Assembly: GCF_037042905.1 (NCBI RefSeq)
Contig: NC_087245.1
Span: forward strand, 16,246,001-16,310,000
Length of the DNA stretch: 64,000 nucleotides
Origin: Lytechinus pictus
Lineage: Eukaryota
Direction: 5' to 3'
This document shows positions 1 to 14,100 of the stretch, one piece after another (position 1 is the first letter of the stretch; every line of letters starts with the position of its first letter). Below the pieces are notes generated by a model. That model made no database searches. It had not been told where the DNA came from and saw only the letters and a list, made by a program, of their open reading frames with translations. The position numbers and the translations under genes are program-made.

Positions 1-1824
1 CTTGTGGGATAATTTATCTAATGAACTGTTTTTTCCTGGAACCATCCCCCCCCCCCTCCTCATCCACTGCCATTCCCATTTTCATATTCTGATGTGTTTG
101 TGGTAAAGTGATTTTCTATTTTGTGTATTTCATCATAGTTGTTTTTCATCCTCTTTACTATGACTTGACATGAATAGTTTATACCAATACCCTGAAACAG
201 ACTGAATCTGTTTAAATGATTAATCCACTTGATATTCTGACTAGTCAATATATAGATGATTGTGTCAACCTAATTTTTTATTTGATTAATTTCGGGGGGG
301 AAAATAGAAGTGAAAATTTGTTTCTCTGTTCACTGTCACAGATTCATTTTTTTCTCGTCAGAAATACACATACTGTGCCAAAAAGAAGTAGCTGAAATGT
401 TCTGCGGACATGGTTTTAAACTTATGTTTGAACAGAAATTTAGGAATTTGCAATTGTAACAGTACAGCATTTAACCAAAATTCAGAACCGTGTCCATTTT
501 GAACAATCATGTGAGCACCTTTTCATTGATAATCCACATGTTCATCATAGAGAAAACAATGGAGAATATGGACAAACCACTGTAAAAGACACACTGCACC
601 ATTAATTATAACAGGATTCAAAGGCGCTCTGTCTTTCTTATTGGCTTCTTGTTTTGTCAATGATGATTGTAGAATAATTAGATACGAAAAATGCTTGTGG
701 GCTTCTGAAAAGACAAGGCTCTGATTTTTTGTAAGTGTCTTGTCCAGTTTCATTGCAAATTTTATATTCTATTGTTATTTTTGTATAAATTCTACTTGTG
801 ACAGAACATTTGGTGCTGTGGATGTTTTTTGTTATGTGTTTGTTTAAAAGTTTCTGGTGTTTCAAGTTTCATAACAGAGAAATACACTATTGTCATTTCG
901 ATCAAGCTCCTAATGGTTATTGCCTGTATTTTTTTGGTTTTATACATGGGTATATGTGTTTGAAATGTTGTACACTTGAGGATAGTTAAAGGTCTTTAGG
1001 ACTTTCCGAGTTAAAATAAGTTCATGCCACAAACATGACTGGAAATAATTTTATTTTATTGGAACTCTCCATAGGAGACAAGAGATGCTGCTATCTGATA
1101 TTAAACTCAAGAGGGCGCTATGCACTGTAGGAGAATAAAGCTTCATTGGTGGTGTAATTTAATTACTAAACATGCACACAATTTATTATCAACTTATCAA
1201 TTTGCAAAGTTCAAATTGTGCATTAGTAAAATGAAATCTGGTATTAAAGCAAATTACTAGTCATGATTACATGTATTTGGCCAATTGGGGATTGTGAACT
1301 ATTTAAGACCCATTAATAATTGAACTATCATTGGTTGAAGAAGCATCTTAGAACCTGTTTCGCATTACCTTTCTTTCAGTAACAACACAGTGTTTTTATT
1401 TGCTTATGGTCCTGTTATATTCTATTGATAGAAATTTTGTGAAATTGAGAAACCTTTTCACAACAAAACAATATTTTAGACATTTTTTTTGTTTAGTTAA
1501 AATTTTACCAATTACTTCATGAATGTAGATAAGAGATTGTAGGTGACAGAATGAGCATATATATATGTTTTTGGTAAACACATATGTGTTTATTTTGCAC
1601 ATCTAGTCTTAACCTAGGGTAATTGATTTTATTATTATTATTATGTATCCTTGGAGATAACTAGAAAATAATGTAAGACTTCACTGGTGTATAAATTGAG
1701 TTCTGTGTAAAATAAACAAAAGATTACTAGTAGCATTTGTAATATGCTCATATCCATTTCAAGGAATGCTCAATGCTCCTTAGTTCAAATTTTTCAAGAA
1801 AGACATCTCTCCGTTCATTTGCAG

Positions 1825-2109
1825 GTAACCAGCCGCTCTTTGTGAAGACCACAGAGGAAGTATTTGCTGTGAAGGATGGCAAAGCCACCCTCTCCTGCAC
1901 CCTCTCCGGCGAGCCCAAACCCAAGGTAGTCTGGATGAGGGAAGAGGAGATTCTCAAGAACTCGGACAACCTCAAGGTCACGTCCCAACCCAATGGTGTG
2001 TGCTCTCTAGAGATCTCAAAGGTCAGCAGTAATGAGATAGGGGAGTACAGGTGTATAGCTACCAACGAGCATGGAGAGTCAAGCTGTAGGCTCTACTTGG
2101 ATGTGGCAG
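1825..2109 (+). CDS. Exon: I-set Ig domain
   Basis: tttgcag|GT...GCAG|gtgaga; QPLFVKT...ATLSC...GEPKPKVVW...GEYRCIATNEHG; phase 1-1. Confidence 0.93.
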
Positions 2110-5100
2110 GTGAGATTTCTTGTGTGTTCCATGGTGTATCAAGGAAATTCACAGGGCAATAGTTGAAATCATTCCCTCATTCAGCAATCAACCTGGATGC
2201 CAGTATTCTCTGATAGTTCATGAGATCAAACCTCCAATCGAATATTTTTTTCTTTCTTTTTGAATTGTGCACCACTCTGAGTATCGTTTCCTTGAAAGAT
2301 CAAACTGTACTTGTCATTAATGTTGGCTGAATATGATGTCTTGCCTGACATATCTCTTCTCAAGATAAGTACGCAACCATGTAGGTCCAATATGAAAATA
2401 TCAGCTATAATATCTTGATTGAACCGTCGGTTTCTTAATTCATAGGACAAAATTTGATGTTTTCACACCTGCCTGATGAGAAATAAAATTCCTGTTTATG
2501 GTGTGAAAGCCGAGTACTGCTAATGTCATGGGTAGTAAATAAACAACAGACTAGTAGGTTCTGTACAAAAAAAATGTGAGAAATTTCACAGTTATTGTTC
2601 TAAGCTTTTTGAAGTATTTGAAAATCAACTATGAGAATTATTGATGTGAGGCAAGAAGAATGTGCGTCCATTGTAACTGGATGGAGGAGACTTGTATCAG
2701 GCTGATAATCATGAGGACTTTATGTTGATCTACTTGTACTGTACCATGTGAATATATTAAATGATTAAAAAGTAGGGGTATCATGAGGCCTGAGCAAGAT
2801 AATGCAATTCATGGGCATTTTTTCATTTCAGGCAAATTTGAATATGCGTTAAAACTGTAATCCAGTTCACGTACAATATTATTGAATGTTTTTATCTTCA
2901 TGTTTCATCTCATAGAGGCCCCTCATTTTGTGGAGACCTACAAAGATACGGAAGCCACCATTGGTCAGTCGATTCGATTGGAATGCAGTATAGACGGTAT
3001 CCCAGAGCCAGAAGTCATATGGTCTAAAGACGGCAAGGTTATAGAAGATTTTGAGAGATACCAGTTCTACTATGAAGGAGAAGAAGGATTTGCTTTGGAG
3101 ATCAACAACTTTGACAAGGATGATTGTGGGGAGTACACCCTAGAAGCTTCTAATATAGCCGGCAGTGTCTCTCATTCAGCAGAAATCTATGTGACAAGTA
3201 AGTCACTTATTATTTCTGTCTTCATTTTTCTGTTCAATATACTTATGAATTAACCAGTTGCACATCTGGTCTAAACTTAGTAAACCAGTATTAATGTACA
3301 TGTAAGTGCCTAGTGATTGTCTGCTCTCCCTGATCATTCTGGGTTAGATCCCCGAAACGTTCAATTAGCCGAGGCTGCAGTACCTCCCTTAAATGTGCCA
3401 AAACTTCTGGTAGAAACCCGACCTATCTTACCATACATCTTCAAAGAGTTGTAAGCTAGAGTAATATTGTACATTTGTAGGATCAAGGCCACCACTTTGA
3501 ACACGGTTTAAGGGCAAACTGCCCTGGAAATAATTGTCATTAGGATAAGGTGTCCTTTGGGGAAACTTACCCATCTGTGAACTATCCTGAGAAAGAGGTT
3601 TACCCATTGGATTTTTTTTTTCATGTAGGTATATTGTGTTTGGGGGTTGTTAAGTTCTGCCTGAAACATGTATTCACTCTCAAGTCTCATCCCTGTTTTA
3701 CCTTTCTTCTATTCCTTGGTGATTATTAGGTGGACCAGATGGATACAGGAGAGTCTTTATCAAGAAAGATATCATTGTTGAAGATGAATATGAACTCCTA
3801 GCTGAACTGGGAAGGTAAGGCCACCCCCTCAAAAATAATCTTTAAAAACAGACAAAAGTAAACAAACTATAGCTTTTCTATGTGATCTCATTTGATCAAA
3901 TTCTCTTGATAGAGATCACTATAATTGGCCCTATATGAAATGACTTATATTCTACTGTCTTTGAAATCATGAATTATTTAATGTTGGTTATAACACAAGG
4001 ATGGTATGCTCTTTGCTGTTTAATATTGGGCAGGCATGTACAATTTTGCAAACTTATGTAAAGGAACCTTATTTTCACCCCCCCAAATTCACAAATTATT
4101 GTTTATGAAATTTTCCCCCTTTTTCAGAGGAGCTTACGGTGTGGTCCATAAAGGTATCTCCAAGGCTGATGGCAGCGAGTGTGCCATCAAGACAATCCGT
4201 GTCAAGGCTGGTATGTGGGAGGAAGTACGGAATGAGATAGCTGTCATGGGTATCTTGGATCATAAGAGACTCATCAAACTCTTTGATGCCTATGAGACTA
4301 AGAGAGAGGTTGTCATGGCGATGGAAATGTATCCTTTATTAATTTATATGTTTTTAACTTTCAAAGCTTATATTTTTAGAGCATGGTATTAGAGTCGACA
4401 TTATTTTGGAGGTCTGTTGCAGTTATCTCAAGTTCTAAATGAATGCATATGGAGGTATCATCAAAAGAGATATTGGGCGGTATCAGTTTTTGCCTCCCCA
4501 GCAGATCATAATTGGTCAATTAATGATCATGCAATTGTGTTCCATTTTGCCAAATTTTGGCCTATTCCAAGGTTGTAATCGATAACTGCACATCTTTTCT
4601 GTCCGTTCATTTTGATGTCACAAACGAAACAACATTTGACATCACATGCACCACCTACACAAACCAGGCTAGGAAGGATCTTATATAATAAGACTTTGAT
4701 CCAGATGTTCCTAAGATAATCAGTAAGTCACAATTTATTGTGCGATATCTAATTGAGTGAAACATCTTACTATTACAGTGGAAGGAAATTTTTAAAGGCC
4801 AGACTAGTGCAATAGCTTTGTTTTGTAAGCTTGCTCATTAGTCTGTATCTCTTTCTAGGCCATCCAATATTATCTAATTAAGGACGTTCCACAGTTATGT
4901 TTGTGCGCATCATGATCTGCGCATATTTTACACTCTGCGTGCTGACGTCACAATGATGAACTGGTGATTAATCAGCTGTAGGTATTGTGAGCTGATTTTT
5001 CTCCTTACTGTACTAACTGCAGATCCGGTGTGTTATTTTATGAAGCTAATAAACTGGAATTATTCCATAGACCATTTTTGTTTTATTCCTCTTCAATTTC

Positions 5101-8100
5101 AAAATACTTTTCTCTGTAGTGCTGCAAAGTATGATGAATATGACCCCAAGTTTGAATAAATGATAGAGTGGTTCGGAGTTTTTCCTCACAGAGATATAAA
5201 GCTTTTGGCACGTTTTGAGGTGTTTAAAGAAGAACATTTGCTCTAATATGAGTGCTGATAGTTTGAAAACAAGCACATGAACCCATATTTTTTTAATGTT
5301 TGCACCTCTTAGGTATACCTTCCTCTACAACTATGAAAATGACATGGATTTTGAATAAAGTGCAGCAGTTCTTTTTCTTCTTAAGTTTGCTATTGAAATT
5401 TGAAATTTATGAGGTTGAGTATTTGTTATCTTTCCCGCAATTTTTAAGAACTGAGAGTGCTGTTAAACTTAAATGAGCAAACGATTGAAAGCACTATATA
5501 TAGATTATCCATCTTACGGATACAATAATCATATTGCAAAATTTGATGAAATTTTCAAGGGTTTTGACTGAGTAACAGAGCTTTAAACTCATTGTTGTGA
5601 TCTCGTGAGGTCTAAAAATGCTAAATTCTTTTGAATGCGCAATTCTCAAGAACATCCATTTGGGTTAACTTTGAAGCTCTATATAAAAAAATCAAGCACA
5701 TAGACCCATATCATTTTTTGCATATTTAGAATATTCAGGTGCTAAAGTATCTATGTGCAGAGAATGATGAAAATGACATGGATTTTCAATGTTTGGGAGC
5801 AAGACTACGGAACCATTCGCATGTTAGACGGTATTAACAGACTTTTGCTTGTTTTCGGCGTATTTTGGGCTGTTTCAAGCCAACTCAAAATATTTTGGAC
5901 ACTGATAATTTGAAAACGAGCACATGGACCCCATAGTTTAAATGTCTTAACTTCTTCAGAATATATTCCTCTACAGATCTAGAGAGTATGATGAAAATGA
6001 CAAGGAATTTGAATGTTTGGGAGCAGGACTAAGGAACCATTCGTATTTTAGACATTTTAGACGGAACTATTATAGACTTTTGCATGTTTTCGGCGCATTT
6101 AGGCGATTTTCAAGCCAACTCGCAACACTTTGGACACTGATAACTAAAAAACGAGCACATGGACCCCATATTTTTAATATTTAAACGGCTTCAGAATATA
6201 TTCCTCTACAAATTTAGAGATTATGATGAAAATGACATGGATTTTGAATGCTTGGGAGCAAAATTTCGGAACCATTCGCATTATAGATGGTATTATTAGA
6301 CTTTTGCACGTTTTCGGCGCACTTTAGGAGGATTTCAATATTTTCAAGCCAACTTGCAACACTTTGGACACTGATAACTATAATACGAGCACATGGACCC
6401 CATATTTTTAATATTCTAACGCCTTCAGAATATATTCCTCTACAAATCTAGAGAGTATGATGAAAATGACATGGATTTTGAATGTTTGGGAGCAAAACTT
6501 CGGAACCGTTCGCATTTTAGACGGTATTATTAGACTTTTGCACGTTTTCGGCGCATTTTAGGAGGATTTCAATATTTTCAAGCCAACTCGCAACATTTTG
6601 GACACTGATAACTAAAAAACGAGCACATTGACCCCATGTTTCAAATATTTCAACGAATTTAGAATATATTCCTCTACAAATCTAGAGAGAATGATGACAA
6701 TGACATGGATTTTGAATGTTTGGGAGCGAAATATGGGAACCATTCACAATTTAGACGGTATTATTAGACTTTTGCATGATTTTGGCGCATTTATGCGATT
6801 TTCAAGCCAACTCGCAACACTTTGGACACCGATAACTAAAAAAACAAGCACATGGACCCTATATTTTTAATATTTTAATGGCTTTAAAATATATTCCTCT
6901 ACAAATTTAGAGAGTATGAAGAAAATGACATGGATTTTGAATGTTTGGGAGCAAAAGTACGGAACCATTCGCATTTTAGACGGTATTATTAGACTTTGGC
7001 ACGTTTTCGGCGCATTTAGGTGATTTTCAAGCCATTCGCAACAATTTAGACACTGATAACTAAAAAACAAGCACATGGACCCTATATTTTTAATATTTTA
7101 ACGGCTTTAAAATATATTCCTCTACAAATCTAGAGAGTATGATGAAAATAAAATGGATTTTGAATGTTTGGGAGCAAAAGTACGGAACCATTCGCATTTT
7201 AGACGATGTTATTAGACATCTGTACGTTTTCGGCGCATTTTAGGCGATTTTCAAGCCAACTCGCAACACTTTGGACACTGATAACTAAAAAATGAGCACA
7301 TGGACCCTATATTTTTAACTTCCCTACATCTTTCATATACATTCCTCTACAGTTTAGCCGAATTTGATGAAAATGACATGGATTTTGAATAAAGTGCAGC
7401 TTAAACTATACTTTTTTAATTATTGAGTAGATTCACTTCTTTGAAGATTTGTTTTTTTCTTCAAGTTTTTGCACCATTCTTGCCAAATGAGGGCGCTGCT
7501 GACTCCAATTAGATATAGTTTTACCAATTAAAAGACTTTCTCCTACTTTGGTATCTACTAAGTTACACATTCTGAAAGTTTGATGAAGTTTGATGGGATA
7601 TCGAGAGAGTAAAGATGATTTAAACTCATTTGGTGAATTCGTGAGGTCTAAGAGAGGCATAATTCTCATGATTGCGCAGCATTTCATATCATTCAAATAC
7701 GGCAATTTTGAAGTCCCATAGAAAAAAAATAAGCACATGAACCTATATTATTTTTTGCATTTTCATAATGCATAGATACCAAAGTAACTCTCTGCAAAAT
7801 TTGGTGAAAATGACATGGACTTCATTTTAACTGTGGAATGTCCTTAATCTTTTAAAGACTCCTACATTCAATTCACAGGGAACTTGTAATGAATTTTAAT
7901 TCTAGTATTTCTCATTTAATCTCATCTCACTTAATCATTCCTGAATTTCATGAAGTCTAAGTTTATGATCAAATATCAAGGGAAAAAAATGGCTTTGTAT
8001 TTAAGAGTTGAAACTGATCGATAAGTACCACTTATCATTGTCATTGACAGATTTACATGTATACTATTGAATGAGTTAAATAGGAAGAAAGAATAAAATG

Positions 8101-11100
8101 TCACATCTAGGTGTTTGTCAACACAGGAAGGAGGTGCATGTAAGTGGGAAACATTTTTGGACATATATGTGGAGAGAGAGGGGAATAGAGAGAGAAAGAG
8201 ACCGGAGAGAAATTAAGAGAGAGATATCGGAATGATTTTTCCTGGTATCGCATCACAATTTAAAAAAAAATAAAAACTGCTTCACAAATATTATTTTTTG
8301 TAGCAGATTATTTTCATAGAACGGTACAGAACTTTTATTATTGAGAGTTTTTTCTTGTAAATGATGAAAGGAAGTATTAGGCAAAAAAAAAGAAGATCGG
8401 ATTAAATATTTGCACTCTGTAAAGTTATATTGTGTGTCACACAACAATTACCAGTTAAGACTGACAGACTAATTGATAGATAGATGGACAGAGAGAGAGA
8501 GATAGAAAGGTAGGTAGACCGATAGATAGACATACTTATATACTTATAGAAAGACATACAGAAATACTTGTAGACAGATTAGCATATACCGTGTGAGTAA
8601 AAAAAAAAAACCTGACACCTCACAAATCCTCAACTTAAGAAAAAATATGTCATGAACGCATAATCACTATGGCTGGAAAGAGCATCTTTTCCCAAATAAT
8701 TTGATACCATATTTATATTGTATGTCTTCACGTTTGTTTGGATAATCAATAGGTATTCTTTGCAGTGATGTAAATTTTGATTTGCGCCAAGGTAAGGCAT
8801 GACTGCAATGAATGAACCCCAGATGCAAATTATGTCATAATCCTACATGTGTTAGTAAACATATTTGCAAATCCCTTTTCAATGAAATTAAATTAAGAAC
8901 TAATACTGAAAAGTGATCTGGATTCATTAATTGCAGCCATGCCTTACTTTGGCGCAAATCAAAATTTACATCACTGCAAAGAATACCACATACCACATTA
9001 ATCTGGTATCAAATTATTTGGAAGAACATACTCTTTCAGGTCATATACAATAGTTCTGTGTTCATGACATATTTTATCCTTAAATTGGGGATTTGTGAGG
9101 TGTCAATTTTTTTTTTAGTCACACAGTAGTAAGACAGATCAACAGATAAAAAAAACCCTGACAGCCATATCGATAGATGCATGGACAGACAAACAGACAT
9201 ACAAATGAATGAAGAGTAGAGTACAAAGGAACAGGCAAACAGAGAAAAAAAGCGGTAGGCAGAGATGGAAAAGTAGATCACAAAAGTGGAAGACCCAACA
9301 AAAAGGGGGAAGGATTATTCGTCTGTGATTATACTACTTAGCATGCATGAAAAGATATCACTGGATTTTAAGTAGCTTTGTGCAAAGTTTGTGATACCAC
9401 ATTACTCTCTTTGCTCTTGTGAGAGTGTTTGCTACTTAACAATTAGAACATTTGAGTGTGATACGCAATAGAAGCGAAACCTGAATAGGTAAATTTGCTA
9501 CTGATGACATGAGTGTGTGTTTTGTATTGGATCGGGTAGAAGATGAGTCTGTGCTTGATTCTCATTGCTGTTGGAATTACAACTATGTCAGGTTAGTTAC
9601 TAATATATGATATACATTTATCTTTTAATTAACAGATAAAATATTTTTTTTTTCATTGGGTATTATACATGTAACAATAATTACATTATTTGTTTTATAT
9701 ACAGATTCACTTACCCATGTCCCCACCCCATGTGGAGTATTCCAATGTTACTTATTTACTTTGGATTGCCACATAGTTTCAAAATTATATATTTCAATAC
9801 TAATATCACTATTGATATTTTCATTCACCCTTTTGAGATTTTGAGGGGGGGGGGGATGGGCAACATCATGAATTTGTGACAAATTTATAACAGTGTTGTA
9901 CTCTTTATGCTATTTGAAAACCTAGTGATATTTTGTGTGTTCACCTGACTGAATGGAGACATAAATCACTCATTTTAATTATTTTGTTAACTGAACACTG
10001 CAAAGTAAATTGAATATCTCAAACCTCGCTTAACAAAAGAGGAAATATTTCATTCTAATCAGAGTAAATACACATACTGACCTTCCGTTCACAACTTGTT
10101 TATATTTCTATTGTCTATTATCTCTTTAAAGCTAACCTTCCCTTGTGTTCCTGTATGTACCAACTTCTGTTTGGTAGTTACAATCTTAATCTGTTTTTAT
10201 ATGGTGATAATTATGGTATTATCTAAAAGCATTCAGTCCCATGTAACCTTATTTTTCAGTTTTGTATTTTTTGGTCGGTGCAAAATATAATTTGATAAAG
10301 CTTTTGACATATGAACGAATCAACCAACATTTTGATGAATGACTGACCACCTGACTGAATGCACTATGGATGCATAGATAAATGCTTAGGTGAATGACAG
10401 AATGAACCAATGAGCAAACAAATGAATGAATGAATGAATGGATGAATGGATGGATGGATGAATGAATGAATGAATGAATGAATGAATGAATGAATGAGTG
10501 AGTGAGTGAGTGAGTGAGTGAGTGAGTGAGTGAGTGAGTGAGTGAGTGAGTGAGTGAGTGAGTGAGTGAGTGAGTGAGTGAGTGAGTGAGTGAGTGAGTG
10601 AGTGAGTGAGTGAGTGAGTGAGTGAGTGAATGAATGAATGAATGAATGAATGAATGAATGAATGAATGAATGAATGAATGAATGAATGAATGAATGAATG
10701 AATGAATGAATGAATGAATGAATGAATGGATGGATGGATAGATGGATGGATGGATAAGTGAATGATTGAATGAAAGTATGATAAATAAGATAATTGATTG
10801 ATTGATTAATTGATTATCAAATAAGCCAGCAACATTAAATGAATATCTGAGTGAATGATAAATGATAATTCCCTATGCTATGTATAAAGTAAGCAAATGA
10901 ACGAATATACAAACCTAATTGCTATGAATATGCTTAAATAAAAAGCCAACCAGTAGCTGGAAAGATTGTACTAATCACTGGTGAATACCTCAATCTTCAT
11001 GAAATTTGTAGACTGAACTGAAAACCAATGTTTGATCTCAAAGTGAGTGATATGCCTATCAAATGGCCTTGTTAAACAAATGTTATCTGCTGTAGGTCAC

Positions 11101-14100
11101 AGCAACCAGGCTGTAATTGAGCAACCTAGATTATTTAAACTAAGTCAATCATTAATACAACCATTACTGGCTCCATTTCAGGAGGAAGTATAGGAACGTG
11201 GCATTCATGGTAAGTGGAGGAAATAATATGATTTTGATTCTATTTTATTTATTGATAAATTGTGAAATAATGTGTACAGCTATTTGTATTCTTTATCTGT
11301 AGGCCATATCTCTGCTGTTAAGTGTTTGCTTGGATTATGATTTTATTTACTGATGTATGTATGATCAAATATTGTGTATATTCTAGATGAGTGGATTTGA
11401 TGTTTAGAGGTGCATTGAACTGTTTTATGCAGGATATATATGTGAATATCAGTCAAGTGGATTATTGTTATGCTGTTTGGTAGTATACCCACTTACTACT
11501 TCCTCACTTTTATTCTGACAATCATTATTAGTGTCTCCTCCCAAAGTTCCTTGCACTCATGCTATGTTTCTTATTATATTAAAAAATACATGTACATTTA
11601 CTCCCATTCTCTTCTCTTTCTCTCTCCCTGTCCCTACATCTAGTTCTACCCCCCCCCCTCGTGCACTTATAATGTATCTGTTTGTGTTTTACTCTTTCCC
11701 TTTGTAAGTTGCTTTTTTGTAATCTCCCTCTCTTTCTCTCTTGCTTGCTGGCTTGTTGCTCTCTCCTCTCTCTCTCTCTCTCGCTTATTTCATCCCAGTC
11801 TTCTTTTTCTGCCTCCCCCTTTTTTATTCTCTCTGTCTGTCTCCCCCTCTTTCATTTGTTCACCTTCTACATAATTGTAATATATGTTTATGAATTTGTA
11901 TCAGTTTCTCTTTCTACCCATGTTTACACAGCTATTTTCACAGTGTACTATTTCCAAGGTAAATTTTCCTTGACCAAATCAGTTGATAAATCTATAGTCT
12001 GGTACTTCTGGGGCTGTTTATATCAAAACCAAAATTATTTTGTTTTTGCATACACACATCTCCTGTATTACTTTCCAAGCCGAATCCAATCAGTATATCA
12101 TTCAATATATCAACCACGGCACATTACATGTCAGATGTTTGTGCCATCAATTAAATCTTTCTTTGTTTTAGTACTCCAGCCGGTTTTCCTGTTGTTGTTT
12201 TAACACTCCACTTCTCGCATGACACCAACCTTTGGTTTTATGACAAATGATGCATAGGTAATGAGATACCTATTCATGAGTGGATGTACTGTAAGTGCAA
12301 TTCATTTACAGTAGGTGTGGACCTTTGCATTGGTTTACATGGTACTGAGGCTAACATTTCTATCACATCAATTGTAGGAGGTTTTGTCAAAGGAGTTTTA
12401 CAGTCATTGGATATATCTCTATAAGGTTTGTCCATGATTCCATTTTATCATTAATGCTAATTTATCATGGGCATTTCAAAAACAAATACTGGGTATACAT
12501 TGAATAATCATTCGTTTTTGTTTTGAAAGCAGATCGCTTATGCAATGTGTAGTACCAAACTGGCATTGGAATTGGCAAATCAAGATCCTGCTTTGAGTTA
12601 TTATTAACAGATAAAAATTCAACCATCCATGTTGTTAACACTTGAGCAAAGGTCATCCACATGTATGGTAATAATAAGTTCATAGATCAATACATAAAGA
12701 TATATGCTTTTCCAGATTCATAGTTCCTACAGTTTTAAAAGCTGACTGTTTTCTCACTTGGATTAATATTGACCATATTTCTTAACAGCCTGTGTGCTGA
12801 ATCAGTATTGTTGCTGCTTGTTCTTTTCATAGTTTCTGGACTCCTACTTTTTCTTACCGCACCAATAATTATCAATTATAATTGTTCATCTTAGCAAAGA
12901 ACTACAGCTAATTATTAATATCTCTGGTTTAGGATTGAATGAGGAATATATTCATTGCAATTGTTGATTTTAATCATGCAAACATGCATTTTTTATAGTC
13001 TTTGTTTATGCTTTATTTTTTCTAAATGTCAATATAACCTGATATGGGAGTAAAGTACATGTATTGAAAAAAAACTTATCATGGTTAAATTTTGTAACTA
13101 TAAGTTGCATTGTATAAAACTACGTTATTACAATGTTCTCATATCCTAGGAATTAAACTTTTATGCCTTTTCATGTAAAGACATTGCTATGGCACTTTCA
13201 TCCCTCCATAAATTGAAACAGGCATAGTGCAAATGATGCACAGGACAAAAAAAAATTATATACTGTAGAACTATTATTTTAGGAATGTTGATATGCAAAA
13301 ATACTTCCCCCCCGTCATGTTTGCTTACTCACCTTTAATGAATATTTGAAAGTTTGGATGCAGAAAGGCAGTATAACTTCCAAGTCTTAAAATAACTTCC
13401 TCGTTCTACTAACAGTTAAGGGGAACAGGAAACCTGTAGGTAGGAAGTTATTTGGTCTATGTGAGGAAACTCATTTTTAGTTCTGTTTCTGTTTGTTTCT
13501 GTTTGTGGTAACTCCCGTAGGAACTCGGCAGGACAGCATTTTTTGCTGGTGAACGCCAAGCTGGTATATAACCAATTACTTTGGAAACATTTTACGTCTA
13601 GGTTAATCAGTCATAGTGGCTGACGTAATAGACGACAGATATCACTCTTGGGCCTTTTTATCAAAGTGGAGACAATGGCAGAGTTGGGATTCGAACTCAC
13701 AACCTTGCGATTATGAGTCCAATGCTCTAACCACTGGACCACACGACCCGTATCAGTTCCTGATAACTATTCTAGAAAATCATCCCAGGGAGAGCTTTCT
13801 AATTCTACAAGACAAAAGTTCTGTCATGCCCTTTACTACAATTATTTTAACCCATTAAAAAAATTTTTTTTTGATCTCTAATATCTTCTTTATGTTTTGT
13901 AAACACTTTGAGAGCAGAATGATTTTTTCTATATTGTAAAGCACTTAGGGCATGTTCGTATGGAAAAGTGCTGTATGAATGCTAAAATGTATATATGTAA
14001 TGTAAGTAGCAAATTGATATGTTCAATCTCTTTGATCGAATTTCCTGCAGGTATCACACAATAGTCTGTAACTGTTGGATTGTAATCAACAATTATACAC

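Noticed and set aside
11682..12203. 173-aa hydrophobic ORF (also 49234-49612)
   Set aside because: Arises from CT-rich low-complexity DNA, with no domain features; the 11682 frame also has a non-ATG start.
13670..13749. Possible tRNA-Met gene (CAT in the loop)
   Set aside because: Acceptor stem does not pair and the sequence continues into a SINE body.
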